Assembly: GCF_000299365.1 (NCBI RefSeq)
Contig: NC_018655.1
Location: 1,110,001-1,142,000 of the forward strand
Direction: 5' to 3'
DNA length: 32,000 nt
Source: Candidatus Nitrosopumilus koreensis AR1
GTDB taxonomy: Archaea > Thermoproteota > Nitrososphaeria > Nitrososphaerales > Nitrosopumilaceae
Under the pieces are notes generated by a model. The model ran no database searches. It had not been told where the DNA came from and worked only from the letters and a program-made list of their open reading frames with translations. A program made the position numbers and the translations under genes. This document shows positions 20,650 to 29,646 of this stretch, one piece after another (the stretch's first letter is position 1; every line of letters begins with the position of its first letter).

Positions 20650-21070
20650 GAAAAAGTTCTTTGACTAATTCTTCTTTTTTAAGAGAAGTGGGTTGAGAAA
20701 ATAAAATAGGAAAAGTGATAGTCAGCATATCTTGATCAGTATGTGAAATTCGAACAGAATGAAACTCACAATTTATTTCAGATAAAACAGAATTCCATTT
20801 TTGTATGTGTGTTTCTACTCTAGATACATTTTCTTGTACATTTGAAATATTAGTATCTAAATCTCTATCAAATAGTCCAAATTTTACTAGAGGTACCATT
20901 ATCATCCCTCTGGAAATCTTATCATGGTTTTTTAACATAGATGAGATAATTTGTTCAGCATTTTCTTTTAGATATATATCACCATAATCAGGATCAAAAT
21001 AACCAGCAATCATTTTTTTTGAATCATATATACGAAAATATTCTTCATCAAGTTCCAGCTTCCACAACAT
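20612..21070 (-). CDS. Hypothetical protein (152 aa)
   Basis: ATG ORF with soluble composition. Its 3' end overlaps the convergent gene by 38 nt. No family recognised. Confidence 0.5.
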   Translation of the reverse strand: MLWKLELDEEYFRIYDSKKMIAGYFDPDYGDIYLKENAEQIISSMLKNHDKISRGMIMVPLVKFGLFDRDLDTNISNVQENVSRVETHIQKWNSVLSEINCEFHSVRISHTDQDMLTITFPILFSQPTSLKKEELVKELFPTLDLLQKRGLL

Positions 21071-21141
21071 CTAAAAATCAATCCATGAATAAATAAACGA
21101 TTAACCAAAGATAGTTAAATAAACAAAAAATAAAGAAAGGC

Positions 21142-21477
21142 ATGGCAATCTCAAAAGAAAATAAAGATTTCATCGACAGTTTAGTTGATTACTACATCAG
21201 CGAATCAGAAGCATACACTCAGATTGCAGAAAATTTTGTTCCCGAAGTAGAATCCATACCAGATACAACTTTTGGAATCATCACAGGATGCGTATATTCA
21301 GGATTTTTACAGGCATATCAAAACCAACAACAAACCCCAAGTTTAGAAGACATGAAAGAATTTAATGAAATAATAAAAAAACGAGCAGCATTAATAAAAA
21401 AGGCAATAATTGAACCTAAAAAAACAGAAATCAACAATGAGAAATCAGATGCAATAAAAGACGTTGAAGATAATTGA
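21142..21477 (+). CDS. Hypothetical protein (111 aa)
   Basis: ATG ORF with no family recognised. Confidence 0.45.
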   Translation: MAISKENKDFIDSLVDYYISESEAYTQIAENFVPEVESIPDTTFGIITGCVYSGFLQAYQNQQQTPSLEDMKEFNEIIKKRAALIKKAIIEPKKTEINNEKSDAIKDVEDN

Positions 21478-21546
21478 GAGAATTAAAACTTAGATAGTTA
21501 TTTTGAAAAACAATACAATTTAATGCTGTTTATCAATTGTATAAAT

Positions 21547-21639
21547 ATGAAAGTAGATGGAAGCAAGTTAATTTTTTGGGCAGGAACAGCTTCTGCAATA
21601 ATTACAGCAATAGTAGCACTGTATTTTTCAATTCGTTAA
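21547..21639 (+). CDS. Candidate 30-aa single-TM micro-protein (MKVDGSKLIFWAGTASAIITAIVALYFSIR)
   Basis: ATG-to-TAA ORF in an otherwise empty 190-bp gap, with one clean hydrophobic helix ending in a basic residue. Confidence 0.3.
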   Translation: MKVDGSKLIFWAGTASAIITAIVALYFSIR

Positions 21640-21670
21640 AGATAAATCATAAAGAAAATCTAACAAAGCA

Positions 21671-21991
21671 TTGTCAGCAACAAATGAATTCAGAATAACC
21701 CAAATTGTGGATAACGGTCAAGTTGTACAGTTAACATTAATTGAAAATGTTTCGACTGAACCAATTTCTCAAAAACAAATGATCATCGAAAATGTTTCAA
21801 AAAAACTCGATTCAGAAACAAAAGAACAGGTAATGCCATTGTTAGAAGCAATACTACAAGCACAGCCAACTGTTAATATCAAATCATATCAACAGACACA
21901 AATCACGATTGCAATGCCAAAATCAAGATATGATGGGATGGGAAGACCACAAGTGGGAAACACTATAGAAGTAAACTTGAAAAAAATCTAA
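21671..21991 (+). CDS. Hypothetical protein (106 aa, TTG start in the track)
   Basis: ORF only; no family recognised. Confidence 0.4.
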   Translation: MSATNEFRITQIVDNGQVVQLTLIENVSTEPISQKQMIIENVSKKLDSETKEQVMPLLEAILQAQPTVNIKSYQQTQITIAMPKSRYDGMGRPQVGNTIEVNLKKI

Positions 21992-24015
21992 AGATGGGAA
22001 TTTACTTCATCGATTGTATGTAATGGTAAAGAACAAGTAAAGTTTTTGCAAACAAATACAGAAGTTTTGTCTTCAAAAGATTTTCCAGCAAAGAAAGGAT
22101 ACTGAGACAGTGCAGACAGCTGATCAGGGTTTTGAATTGTAACAACAATTGAATTTGGCAAATACTCCAAAAGAATCGATTTGCACAATGGAGAGTTTTC
22201 AGTGTTAATAATTGTAATTTCAATGGGTTTTTCCAAATAAATAGAAATTGTGTTTAACAAATATCCAAACCCAAATGGATTTTCAGCAGCCATTTGTGCC
22301 TGAGATTCCATAATTTTTTCAGTTATTTCTAAGAATTTTTTCTCTTGAGATAGATGGAACAATCGAAGCATGGCAAATGCAGATACAGAGTTGCCAGAGG
22401 GCAAAGACAAGTCATAGTTGCTCTTTGGTCTGATGATTAGTTTTTCATGATTATCAGAAGTCATAAAGAAACTATTGTTTTCTGAATCCCAAAAATGATC
22501 CACAAGATGATGGCCTAGTTTGAGGGCAAGTTTTAGATATTTGGGGTCAGGTTCAATCTCAAACACATCCAAAAGACAGTTAACAAAGTAAGAATAGTCT
22601 TCAAGATAGCCATCGATTTTTGCAGTTTTGTTTTTGTATGTTCTCAATAATTTGTCACCTGAAAACAAGTTATCTTCAATAAATGAAATACAAGTTTTTG
22701 CAGCATTAAGATATCTAGAATCATTTGTAACACGACATCCTTTTGCAAATGCTGTAATCATCAAAGCATTCCACGAAACAAGGATTTTATCATCTAATCC
22801 AGGCGCAATTCGTTTAGAGCGAACATCAAGTAATTTTTTAGAACAAGATTGAAGGATTTCCCGTACCTTTTCTTCTGTAATTCCGAAATTAAATGCAACT
22901 GTAGATATATTCAAATTATTGCAAAGAATGTTGTTTCCTTCCCAATTTCCACCATCAGTAACATCATAGTAAAGGCAGAAAATATCAGAGTCATCACCAA
23001 GAATTTCTTTGATTTCACTTTTCTTCCAAACATAGAATTTTCCTTCCACTCCTTCTGAGTCCGCGTCATATGCAGAATAAAACCCACCTTCAGGAGAGGT
23101 CATTTCACGTAAGACAAAGTCCAAAGTTTTTTTCAAAATATCAAGATAGAAAGGATCTTTTGTAATTTGAAACGCTTCAGCATAATTGACAGGTATTAGA
23201 GCATTATCATAAAGCATTTTTTCAAAATGAGGTACAAGCCACTTTGCATCTGTAGAGTATCTATGAAAACCACCCCCAATCTGATCAAATATTCCTCCAT
23301 TGGCCATTTTTTTGAGAGTTTTGAGTCCAAATTCGGTAAATTTTGACAGTCCTGAAAGTTTTGCATAACGAAATAGAAATGAAACGTTTGCAGCATTAGG
23401 AAATTTTGGTGCAGACCCAAATCCACCATATGTAGAATCTCCCAATTGGAATAGATTCATGGCTGCCTCATCAAGTATTGTTCTCTCTAACTTGGACGGA
23501 GTGGAAATTTTTTCAGTTTTATTTAGTGCATCAAGAAAATTGTTGGCAGATTTTTCAATATCGTGTGGTTTTTCTTTCCAAGCTTGTGCAAGTTGTCTGC
23601 AAATACTTCCAAACCCAGGGCGTCCATAAGAATCCAAGACAGGAAAATATGTTCCAACATAAAACGGCTTTTGATCAGGAGTTAGGAAAATACTCAAAGG
23701 CCAGCCACCTTGACCAGTTGCTATTTGGCAAACTTTTTGATAAATATCATCAATATCAGGGCGTTCTTCTCTATCTACCTTGATGTTTACAAAATTTTCA
23801 TTCATGAATTGTGCGACTTCTTCATTTTCAAAGGATTCATGGGCCATCACATGACACCAATGACAAGAACTATACCCAATACTAAGAAAGATGGGTTTGT
23901 TTTCATCTTTGGCTTTTTTTAGGGCCTCAGAATTCCACCCATACCAATCAACAGGATTGTGTGCATGTTGAAGGAGATACGGACTAGTTTCATGAATCAG
24001 ATTATTTTCTGCCAC
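21988..24015 (-). CDS. Thioredoxin-domain protein of the DUF255 / YyaL (SPATA20-like) family: N-terminal thioredoxin-like domain plus an (alpha/alpha)6 barrel
   Basis: The N-terminus is [46 protein letters not shown].. and is diagnostic. The 675-aa length is typical. Confidence 0.9.
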   Translation of the reverse strand: MAENNLIHETSPYLLQHAHNPVDWYGWNSEALKKAKDENKPIFLSIGYSSCHWCHVMAHESFENEEVAQFMNENFVNIKVDREERPDIDDIYQKVCQIATGQGGWPLSIFLTPDQKPFYVGTYFPVLDSYGRPGFGSICRQLAQAWKEKPHDIEKSANNFLDALNKTEKISTPSKLERTILDEAAMNLFQLGDSTYGGFGSAPKFPNAANVSFLFRYAKLSGLSKFTEFGLKTLKKMANGGIFDQIGGGFHRYSTDAKWLVPHFEKMLYDNALIPVNYAEAFQITKDPFYLDILKKTLDFVLREMTSPEGGFYSAYDADSEGVEGKFYVWKKSEIKEILGDDSDIFCLYYDVTDGGNWEGNNILCNNLNISTVAFNFGITEEKVREILQSCSKKLLDVRSKRIAPGLDDKILVSWNALMITAFAKGCRVTNDSRYLNAAKTCISFIEDNLFSGDKLLRTYKNKTAKIDGYLEDYSYFVNCLLDVFEIEPDPKYLKLALKLGHHLVDHFWDSENNSFFMTSDNHEKLIIRPKSNYDLSLPSGNSVSAFAMLRLFHLSQEKKFLEITEKIMESQAQMAAENPFGFGYLLNTISIYLEKPIEITIINTENSPLCKSILLEYLPNSIVVTIQNPDQLSALSQYPFFAGKSFEDKTSVFVCKNFTCSLPLHTIDEVNSHL

Positions 24016-24054
24016 AGTTTTTTAGATTTCTTTTGATATTTGTATCTAATTGGT

Positions 24055-24288
24055 TTATCCCCAAATTCCTCTTCCTTCAGTTAATTCATAAATCCTGACA
24101 TTGATTTTTCCAAGCAGTTTTACTTTGGACTTGTGGGCTTTTTTATCATGACTGTAATCTTTTTTTTCAACTAATTCTTGTAATCGTTTTAGTTGTTCAA
24201 GAGTAAGTTTCTTGAATTCGTTTTTCGAGCTAGATACGAGACGCAGTAGTTCCACTCTTTCTCTATCTTCATCAGTGATTTCAGGCAC
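24055..24288 (-). CDS. Hypothetical protein (77 aa, charged and helical)
   Basis: ORF only. Confidence 0.4.
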   Translation of the reverse strand: MPEITDEDRERVELLRLVSSSKNEFKKLTLEQLKRLQELVEKKDYSHDKKAHKSKVKLLGKINVRIYELTEGRGIWG

Positions 24289-24368
24289 AGTATTGGATGG
24301 TTTGTGTCCTTTATTTTTCTAATGAATTTAGAACAAATATTAAAATTCGTTAAAAAAATTATGAGTTT

Positions 24369-25403
24369 ATGGACAAGATGCGCGCAATGGTACTTGAGAG
24401 ATGTGGAGCAATTGAAACAAATCCATTAAAGCTAACCCAAATTGACAGACATGAGATTAAAAGGCCAAATGAGATTTTGCTTAAAATTGAAGCATGTGGA
24501 GTTTGTCATTCGCAGCTTCACGGCATAGAAGGAGATTGGCAAGATATTGGAATTCCACCACAATTGCCAACAGTTCCAGGACATGAAGTTGTAGGAAAGG
24601 TGATAGAGATAGGAAGAGATGTCACAAAATTCAAAGTAGGAGATAGAGCAGGAATTACTCCATTGCTAGAAGCATGCAAAAAATGCCAATATTGCAAAGA
24701 AGGAAAAGAGTATCTTTGTGAATCATCTACAATTACAGGAGAATCTTTCAAGGGAGGATATACAGAATACATTACAGTTACGGAAGATTTTGCAACAAAA
24801 GTTCCTGAAAATATGAAACCAGAATATGCTGCACCGTTATTTTGTGCAGGAATTACAGCATACAAAGCAGTAAAAGCAGCAGAACCTCAAACTCATAAAA
24901 AAATAGGGATTTTCGGAATCGGCGGAGTAGGACACATGGCAGTACAATTTGCAAAAATAAAGGATTGTGATGTGATAGCATTTTCAAGGTCACAAAATCA
25001 CCTTGATGTTGCAAAAAGATTAGGGGCAGTTGATGCAATAAAATTTTCTGATAATCAAGAAGAGTTTTTAAAAAAATTAAAGGAAAAACACGGAATGCTT
25101 GATGCTGCAATCGTTTTTGCACCTGCAGATATAGTCACAGACACAGCTATCAAAGCAGTAAAGAAAGGAGGACTCATAGTACTTGCAACTGTCGGAGAAA
25201 ATCCACAATTCATGGCATTTGAAGAGAAAACCATTAGAGGGACATTAATTGGTTCGACTGCAGATATGGAAGAAGTAATCAAAATATGCAGTGAAAAAAA
25301 TATTGAAGTAATTACAGAAACATTCCCATTAGAAAGTGCAAATAAAGTTCTTAAAAAATTAAAAGATTCAGAGATTGAAGCTAGGGCAGTTTTAATTCCT
25401 TGA
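24369..25403 (+). CDS. Zinc-dependent alcohol dehydrogenase (MDR superfamily)
   Basis: Catalytic Zn ligands are in CGVCHSQLH and GHEVVGKV. The structural Zn cluster is C.KC.YC..G....C. The Rossmann motif is GIFGIGGVGH. Confidence 0.9.
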   Translation: MDKMRAMVLERCGAIETNPLKLTQIDRHEIKRPNEILLKIEACGVCHSQLHGIEGDWQDIGIPPQLPTVPGHEVVGKVIEIGRDVTKFKVGDRAGITPLLEACKKCQYCKEGKEYLCESSTITGESFKGGYTEYITVTEDFATKVPENMKPEYAAPLFCAGITAYKAVKAAEPQTHKKIGIFGIGGVGHMAVQFAKIKDCDVIAFSRSQNHLDVAKRLGAVDAIKFSDNQEEFLKKLKEKHGMLDAAIVFAPADIVTDTAIKAVKKGGLIVLATVGENPQFMAFEEKTIRGTLIGSTADMEEVIKICSEKNIEVITETFPLESANKVLKKLKDSEIEARAVLIP

Positions 25404-25424
25404 GATTGAAATGGATTTGATGAT

Positions 25425-25577
25425 ATGAATTGTAACCGATGCCATCATACAGATGAAGCACACATTCCAAATGAGCAAAGCAATTCATTAATCAAAATGG
25501 GAAAATGTCAGATTCCCACATGTACATGCCAACAATATTTGGACCCAATACAAGAAATTGATGAAGAGTTGTTGTAA
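25425..25577 (+). CDS. Candidate 50-aa zinc-finger mini-protein (MNCNRCHHTDEAHIPNEQSNSLIKMGKCQIPTCTCQQYLDPIQEIDEELL)
   Basis: ATG-to-TAA ORF in a 206-bp gap with a CxxCHH...H...CxxxxCxC pattern and an acidic tail. It is under 60 aa, so absent from the track. Confidence 0.4.
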   Translation: MNCNRCHHTDEAHIPNEQSNSLIKMGKCQIPTCTCQQYLDPIQEIDEELL

Positions 25578-25609
25578 CAGTTCATATATCAAAAATACTT
25601 TAGATATTC

Positions 25610-25843
25610 ATGGAAAAGCACAAGCCATCTGATGAGATGATTAAGGAGTTAGATAATTTATTGTCAAAGATTAACGCTATGGAAATTGTTGCCTCAGATG
25701 ATTTTCAAAAGAATTCAATTAAAATAATGAGGGCTTTAGTAGAAGGTCAGATGCATTCAATCAATGAATTTGGACATTTGAAAAAAGCAATTGACTTGCT
25801 TACACTTCAGTTGTTTGACGTTCAAAACAAAGTCAAGAGTTAA
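25610..25843 (+). CDS. Hypothetical helical protein (77 aa)
   Basis: ORF only. Its 3' end overlaps the convergent gene by 11 nt. Confidence 0.4.
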   Translation: MEKHKPSDEMIKELDNLLSKINAMEIVASDDFQKNSIKIMRALVEGQMHSINEFGHLKKAIDLLTLQLFDVQNKVKS

Positions 25844-26258
25844 GTTTAGTATCACTAATACCGCAACTGCCACATCTATACAGTGTAGATTTTTCAAGGA
25901 ATTGCTCTGGTTTCATTTCAGAGCCGCAGCATGGACAAGAAAATTTTTCAGTAGAATTATCTGATTTCCTTACAGCATAATCAGGTCTTTCATTAGAAAC
26001 TTTTTCAACATTGCAAGGAGGATTGTAACGCATTTTGATCTTATTTAAGATACTTTCTCTATGTTCTTTACTTGCTTCAAATAAAGGCAATATTGCAAGA
26101 TATAGTGATTTTTCAGAGCCAGATTTTTCAACCCAACATTTGAAACCTGAATGTTGAATGAAAAATGACTTGTCATCAGTCTTTTCACAGTCACCAACAT
26201 AGACAATGTTGAATCTATCCTTATCTCTAGACATAATTAGAAACACCAATTTTTCCAT
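25833..26258 (-). CDS. Hypothetical protein with a possible GIY-YIG-like core and a C-terminal CxxC...CxxC zinc ribbon; start uncertain (ATG 26258, TTG 26324, or the track's 26504)
   Basis: The segment reads KLVFLIMSRDKDRFNIVYVGDCE...H......LYLAIL....SKEHRESILNKIKMRYNPPCN, a tentative match to the GIY...YIG...E...N pattern. The zinc ribbon is FSCPCCGSE...YRCGSCG. The 26504 start would overlap the divergent gene at 26444 by 61 nt. Confidence 0.45.
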   Translation of the reverse strand: MEKLVFLIMSRDKDRFNIVYVGDCEKTDDKSFFIQHSGFKCWVEKSGSEKSLYLAILPLFEASKEHRESILNKIKMRYNPPCNVEKVSNERPDYAVRKSDNSTEKFSCPCCGSEMKPEQFLEKSTLYRCGSCGISDTKLNS

Positions 26259-26443
26259 TGGAGGCCCCCATTCATCAAGAGGAATAGGGCCAAGAAACTC
26301 ATACTGGAGAATTTGAATGCTCAATGACGATATTTCATTAAACCGTCTTTTCTTCTTTTCCAAAAAATTACCAAGTACGATAAAATTGATCGCAAAATAT
26401 GAACTTGAAAAGATTAAATTCAAGAGTAATTGATTTTTTGTAA

Positions 26444-26692
26444 ATGAAAGAGCCTCACAATCATGCACAAGTAGGATATGCCATGATTGCAGTAGCAGCT
26501 TCATTAGCAGTAATTGGAATAATGGGGCTTTTTATGGCAGATGACGTATTGTTTTCAGACAACATGCAGAGAGAACACACCGCACACTTTAACGAATGCA
26601 AGGCAAATGATTTCAAGACAGATGGTTGTGAAAAATACTGGGATAGAATCAACAACCCAATCTCAGGAATTTATGTAGATCTGGAAGAATAG
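26444..26692 (+). CDS. Small membrane-anchored protein (82 aa) with a Cys-containing ectodomain
   Basis: It has one TM (YAMIAVAASLAVIGIMGLFMA) and then a soluble tail with 2 Cys. Confidence 0.5.
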   Translation: MKEPHNHAQVGYAMIAVAASLAVIGIMGLFMADDVLFSDNMQREHTAHFNECKANDFKTDGCEKYWDRINNPISGIYVDLEE

Positions 26693-26695
26693 TTT

Positions 26696-27382
26696 CTAGA
26701 ATCCATTTGAAAAATCTTCTAGCATATTTTGATTTTTGGTCAATCGATTCATTGCAAAAAACGCACCACCTACAATTCCCGCCTGATAAAAAGTATACAA
26801 AAATACTCCCGAAGAGGTAGGATCAGATTTTGTAAAGCTTAGTACTAGCATCGTAAAGAAAACAAAAGTTCCAACAAAAGTCACCAATCTATTTAAGAAT
26901 CCAGTGTTCAGACCAACAATTCTTTTGGTAGCTGCTGCCATCAATGTAATACTTGTTATGATTAGAAATGTTGCACCGCCATTTGCAATAACAAAACTGT
27001 TAACCCATACAAGTAATCCATCCTCAAAAATAGAGACATCAGGCATTATACTACCTCCATTTATTGCAAAGTTTACAGAACTAAACATACCTCCAATTAC
27101 AAAGAAAAACAAGAAAATTTTCACAATTGAGCGTTTTATAGGACTACGAAGTTCAGAAGGCTTTACTGCTTTTTCGGTAATTCTTACACCATAAAGGAAT
27201 CCAACGGCCATGGCAGGAATGAACATTATGTTGATTAGAATTGGAGACTGTCTGTTCATTTCGTCAATTTGAGGATGAAATGTTAGGAATAATATTACTG
27301 CAAGAGATGCTGAGGCTCCAAACAAAATCAATCCCAGATATTTATGGTTGTTTGATTCATAGGAATCAGCCCAGTTGTACAT
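26696..27382 (-). CDS. Polytopic membrane protein (228 aa), paralog of 12348..12920
   Basis: There are about 6 hydrophobic segments. It shares the GLNTGFL and FLYTFYQAGIVGG motifs with the 190-aa protein. Confidence 0.6.
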   Translation of the reverse strand: MYNWADSYESNNHKYLGLILFGASASLAVILFLTFHPQIDEMNRQSPILINIMFIPAMAVGFLYGVRITEKAVKPSELRSPIKRSIVKIFLFFFVIGGMFSSVNFAINGGSIMPDVSIFEDGLLVWVNSFVIANGGATFLIITSITLMAAATKRIVGLNTGFLNRLVTFVGTFVFFTMLVLSFTKSDPTSSGVFLYTFYQAGIVGGAFFAMNRLTKNQNMLEDFSNGF

Positions 27383-27627
27383 TTGATAGAATCAACAGAA
27401 AATCATTAAAGACCAAATCCAAAAATCATTTGGTCAAATTATCAATTTTAGTTACATGTAATATGGTTTCAGCATATCATTTGTATTCATTTTTGCTGGA
27501 CACATACTGTTTTTTGGTTAATGCATAAGATAATAGAGGAAATTGTCATTTTTACATATTTTTTAATTATTTCCCCCTCCAATACATGATCAAAGTACTT
27601 AATAGAGATTAGACTCACATGTTATGA

Positions 27628-29106
27628 GTGAGTCGGGTAATTTTACGAGTATTGTTAATTGGAGTTTTGGGTGTTTTGTTTACAGGTACCACTTTTTTGA
27701 TTCAAAATGCACATGCTACTACTTTTACTAGTATTGTAGCAAATGACCCCGATGATGGAGATACTATATTCAGTAATGACGATACAATCATCATGTCATT
27801 TGCGTCAACTAATGCTACAGGGAGTGGAACAATGACAGATACTGAAATTAAAGCAAATTTTACCTCTTCAAACTCAGATCTCTTTGATACTGGTGGAACG
27901 TACACAGGATTCTGGAGTTCGGATTCCACAACATTAACAATTTATGTGAACTCTACTACAGGAGTTACAACTACTCCTGTTCCAGATACAACTGTAATCA
28001 ATTATGATACATCTAATGGAAAGCTAGGTGAATCAGACAATACAGAACTAACAGGTGGGGCCATAACTTTGACAGGGGACTTCGGTATAGCTACTAGTTC
28101 TAGTTCATCAAGTGATTCATCTAAGAATGGCTCAGGTTGTGCAGGAGACTGTGAAGAGCCAACAATAGGAATTGACTCTCATGGAAAGCGTCAGGTGAGT
28201 GGTGGTTTTTCATACAACGGATATACAGTTGACGTTGAGAGGTATTTCACACCATACCCACTAATCACAGCTGATATTGGAAAGACAAATGTTGCAGAGT
28301 TTAAGATCTATGAAAATACAGGAGTTCAGAACATAAGGCACTTTACATTTGCATTTGGAATGGACAAAGGCGATATCATTTCAAATAGCAAAGCAAAGAT
28401 TGAACTAGATATTGATTTTGATGGAACAGAGACAGTAACAGTAACTGATCCTGAAAATGCACTTGATAACATCAAAGTCACTACAAGCAAGGTTTCATGC
28501 ATGGAACACTCCACTAACGAGTGCTTGAAGGTGTCAATTCAGCATATGTTCAGAGCACCATTGGACTTTAACATTGTTGGAACAGATGTATGGGACACTA
28601 AACGCAGCTCATGGCAAAACTATTACAATCACGGAATCGAGGTGGTTGGAGAATCACTAAACCCTCCAAAGGAATATGACGGAGTAAACAAGGGACATAT
28701 CTACCACCTGACTGAAACAAGCAAAACTACGGCAGTAGATGAGTTTGGAGATACATGGACATTCCAATACGGAACATGGAGCAAAGACTACATCAAGAAA
28801 GAAAGAATTCAAGATGGCCAGAAAATGGTGTTTGACAGGATGCATTCAGAGTTTGGAGCATACAAAAAAGACAATGTAGACAAAGCATTTGGTCAGTTGC
28901 TAGAATTATGTCCAACATGTATAGAAGAATTTACAGACTTGGAATATGCAAAAAGTTACGACTATGCAAAGGCCAGTTCAAACAAGCTAGACAGACCAGA
29001 TATCAAATACAAAATGATCTGGGAGGAAAACAAAGCTCAGAAAATCATGAATCAAATAATGGATTCAAAATTCCATATCAAAGAAGCATATTTTGGCAAT
29101 CAGTAA
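27628..29106 (+). CDS. Secreted protein (492 aa): signal peptide, Thr/Ser-rich N-terminal region, poly-Ser linker, uncharacterised C-terminal domain
   Basis: The GTG start gives MSRVILRVLLIGVLGVLFTGTTFLIQNAHA. The linker is TSSSSSSDSSKNGSGCAGDCEEPTIG. The C-terminal domain of about 320 aa matches no family I recognise. Confidence 0.6.
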   Translation: MSRVILRVLLIGVLGVLFTGTTFLIQNAHATTFTSIVANDPDDGDTIFSNDDTIIMSFASTNATGSGTMTDTEIKANFTSSNSDLFDTGGTYTGFWSSDSTTLTIYVNSTTGVTTTPVPDTTVINYDTSNGKLGESDNTELTGGAITLTGDFGIATSSSSSSDSSKNGSGCAGDCEEPTIGIDSHGKRQVSGGFSYNGYTVDVERYFTPYPLITADIGKTNVAEFKIYENTGVQNIRHFTFAFGMDKGDIISNSKAKIELDIDFDGTETVTVTDPENALDNIKVTTSKVSCMEHSTNECLKVSIQHMFRAPLDFNIVGTDVWDTKRSSWQNYYNHGIEVVGESLNPPKEYDGVNKGHIYHLTETSKTTAVDEFGDTWTFQYGTWSKDYIKKERIQDGQKMVFDRMHSEFGAYKKDNVDKAFGQLLELCPTCIEEFTDLEYAKSYDYAKASSNKLDRPDIKYKMIWEENKAQKIMNQIMDSKFHIKEAYFGNQ

Positions 29107-29143
29107 TTTTTTAAGTTTTTAACATATAGCACACATTGATTTT

Positions 29144-29353
29144 ATGAAAATTGAATTAGTATTAATTGGAACTGGATTTATTATTGGAATATTAGGAATC
29201 ATCTTTCATTTACAAGGTCAATCAGTTGTGGGGCCTGAATCATCATTCATGTATTCTAATCCAAAGTGGACAACATATGGAATACAAATAGTTGTAATAG
29301 GAATCATCATCACATCATCAGGAATAATCATTACAAAAATAAAACGAAACTAG
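29144..29353 (+). CDS. Small two-TM membrane protein (69 aa)
   Basis: There are two hydrophobic helices and a basic C-terminus (KIKRN). Confidence 0.5.
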   Translation: MKIELVLIGTGFIIGILGIIFHLQGQSVVGPESSFMYSNPKWTTYGIQIVVIGIIITSSGIIITKIKRN

Positions 29354-29580
29354 TTAATTGCTCGAAGGGTAATAGTACTCCGAATTTTTTTTAGTTTCCT
29401 AATTTTCGATGTTATCACTTCGTTCATCTGTGATTGTGTATCAGTTTCAAATTCAGCAACCACATCATAGCTGCCAAAAGTCACCATACAGTTTTTGACT
29501 TCAGGAATATCTTTAAGTTGAGAGTATAGAGATTGCTCTTCTCCAATTTCACAACTAATCAACATGTAAGATTTTTCCAT
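29350..29580 (-). CDS. Stand-alone Lrp/AsnC-type RAM domain protein, 76 aa (paralog of 17614..17847)
   Basis: The sequence MEKSYMLISCEIGEE...IPEVKNCMVTFGSYDVVAEFET...IRKLKKIRSTITLRAI aligns along its full length with the 77-aa protein. Confidence 0.7.
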   Translation of the reverse strand: MEKSYMLISCEIGEEQSLYSQLKDIPEVKNCMVTFGSYDVVAEFETDTQSQMNEVITSKIRKLKKIRSTITLRAIN

Positions 29581-29646
29581 GCCTAAAATATATCAAAAAA
29601 ACATCAACTTAAACACAGCTAAGAAAACATTTTTCCAGAATTGATC

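Noticed and set aside
27411-27435. 8-bp inverted repeat GACCAAAT...ATTTGGTC, with a direct repeat AAAATCATT, upstream of the membrane-protein gene at 27382.
   Set aside because: It is short and AT-rich and could easily arise by chance in this composition. I note it but it is not strong enough to call an operator.
27241-27528. 95-aa plus-strand ORF spanning the 5' end of the membrane-protein gene and the upstream spacer.
   Set aside because: It overlaps the start of the well-formed minus-strand membrane protein and continues into promoter-like AT-rich DNA. There are no supporting signals.
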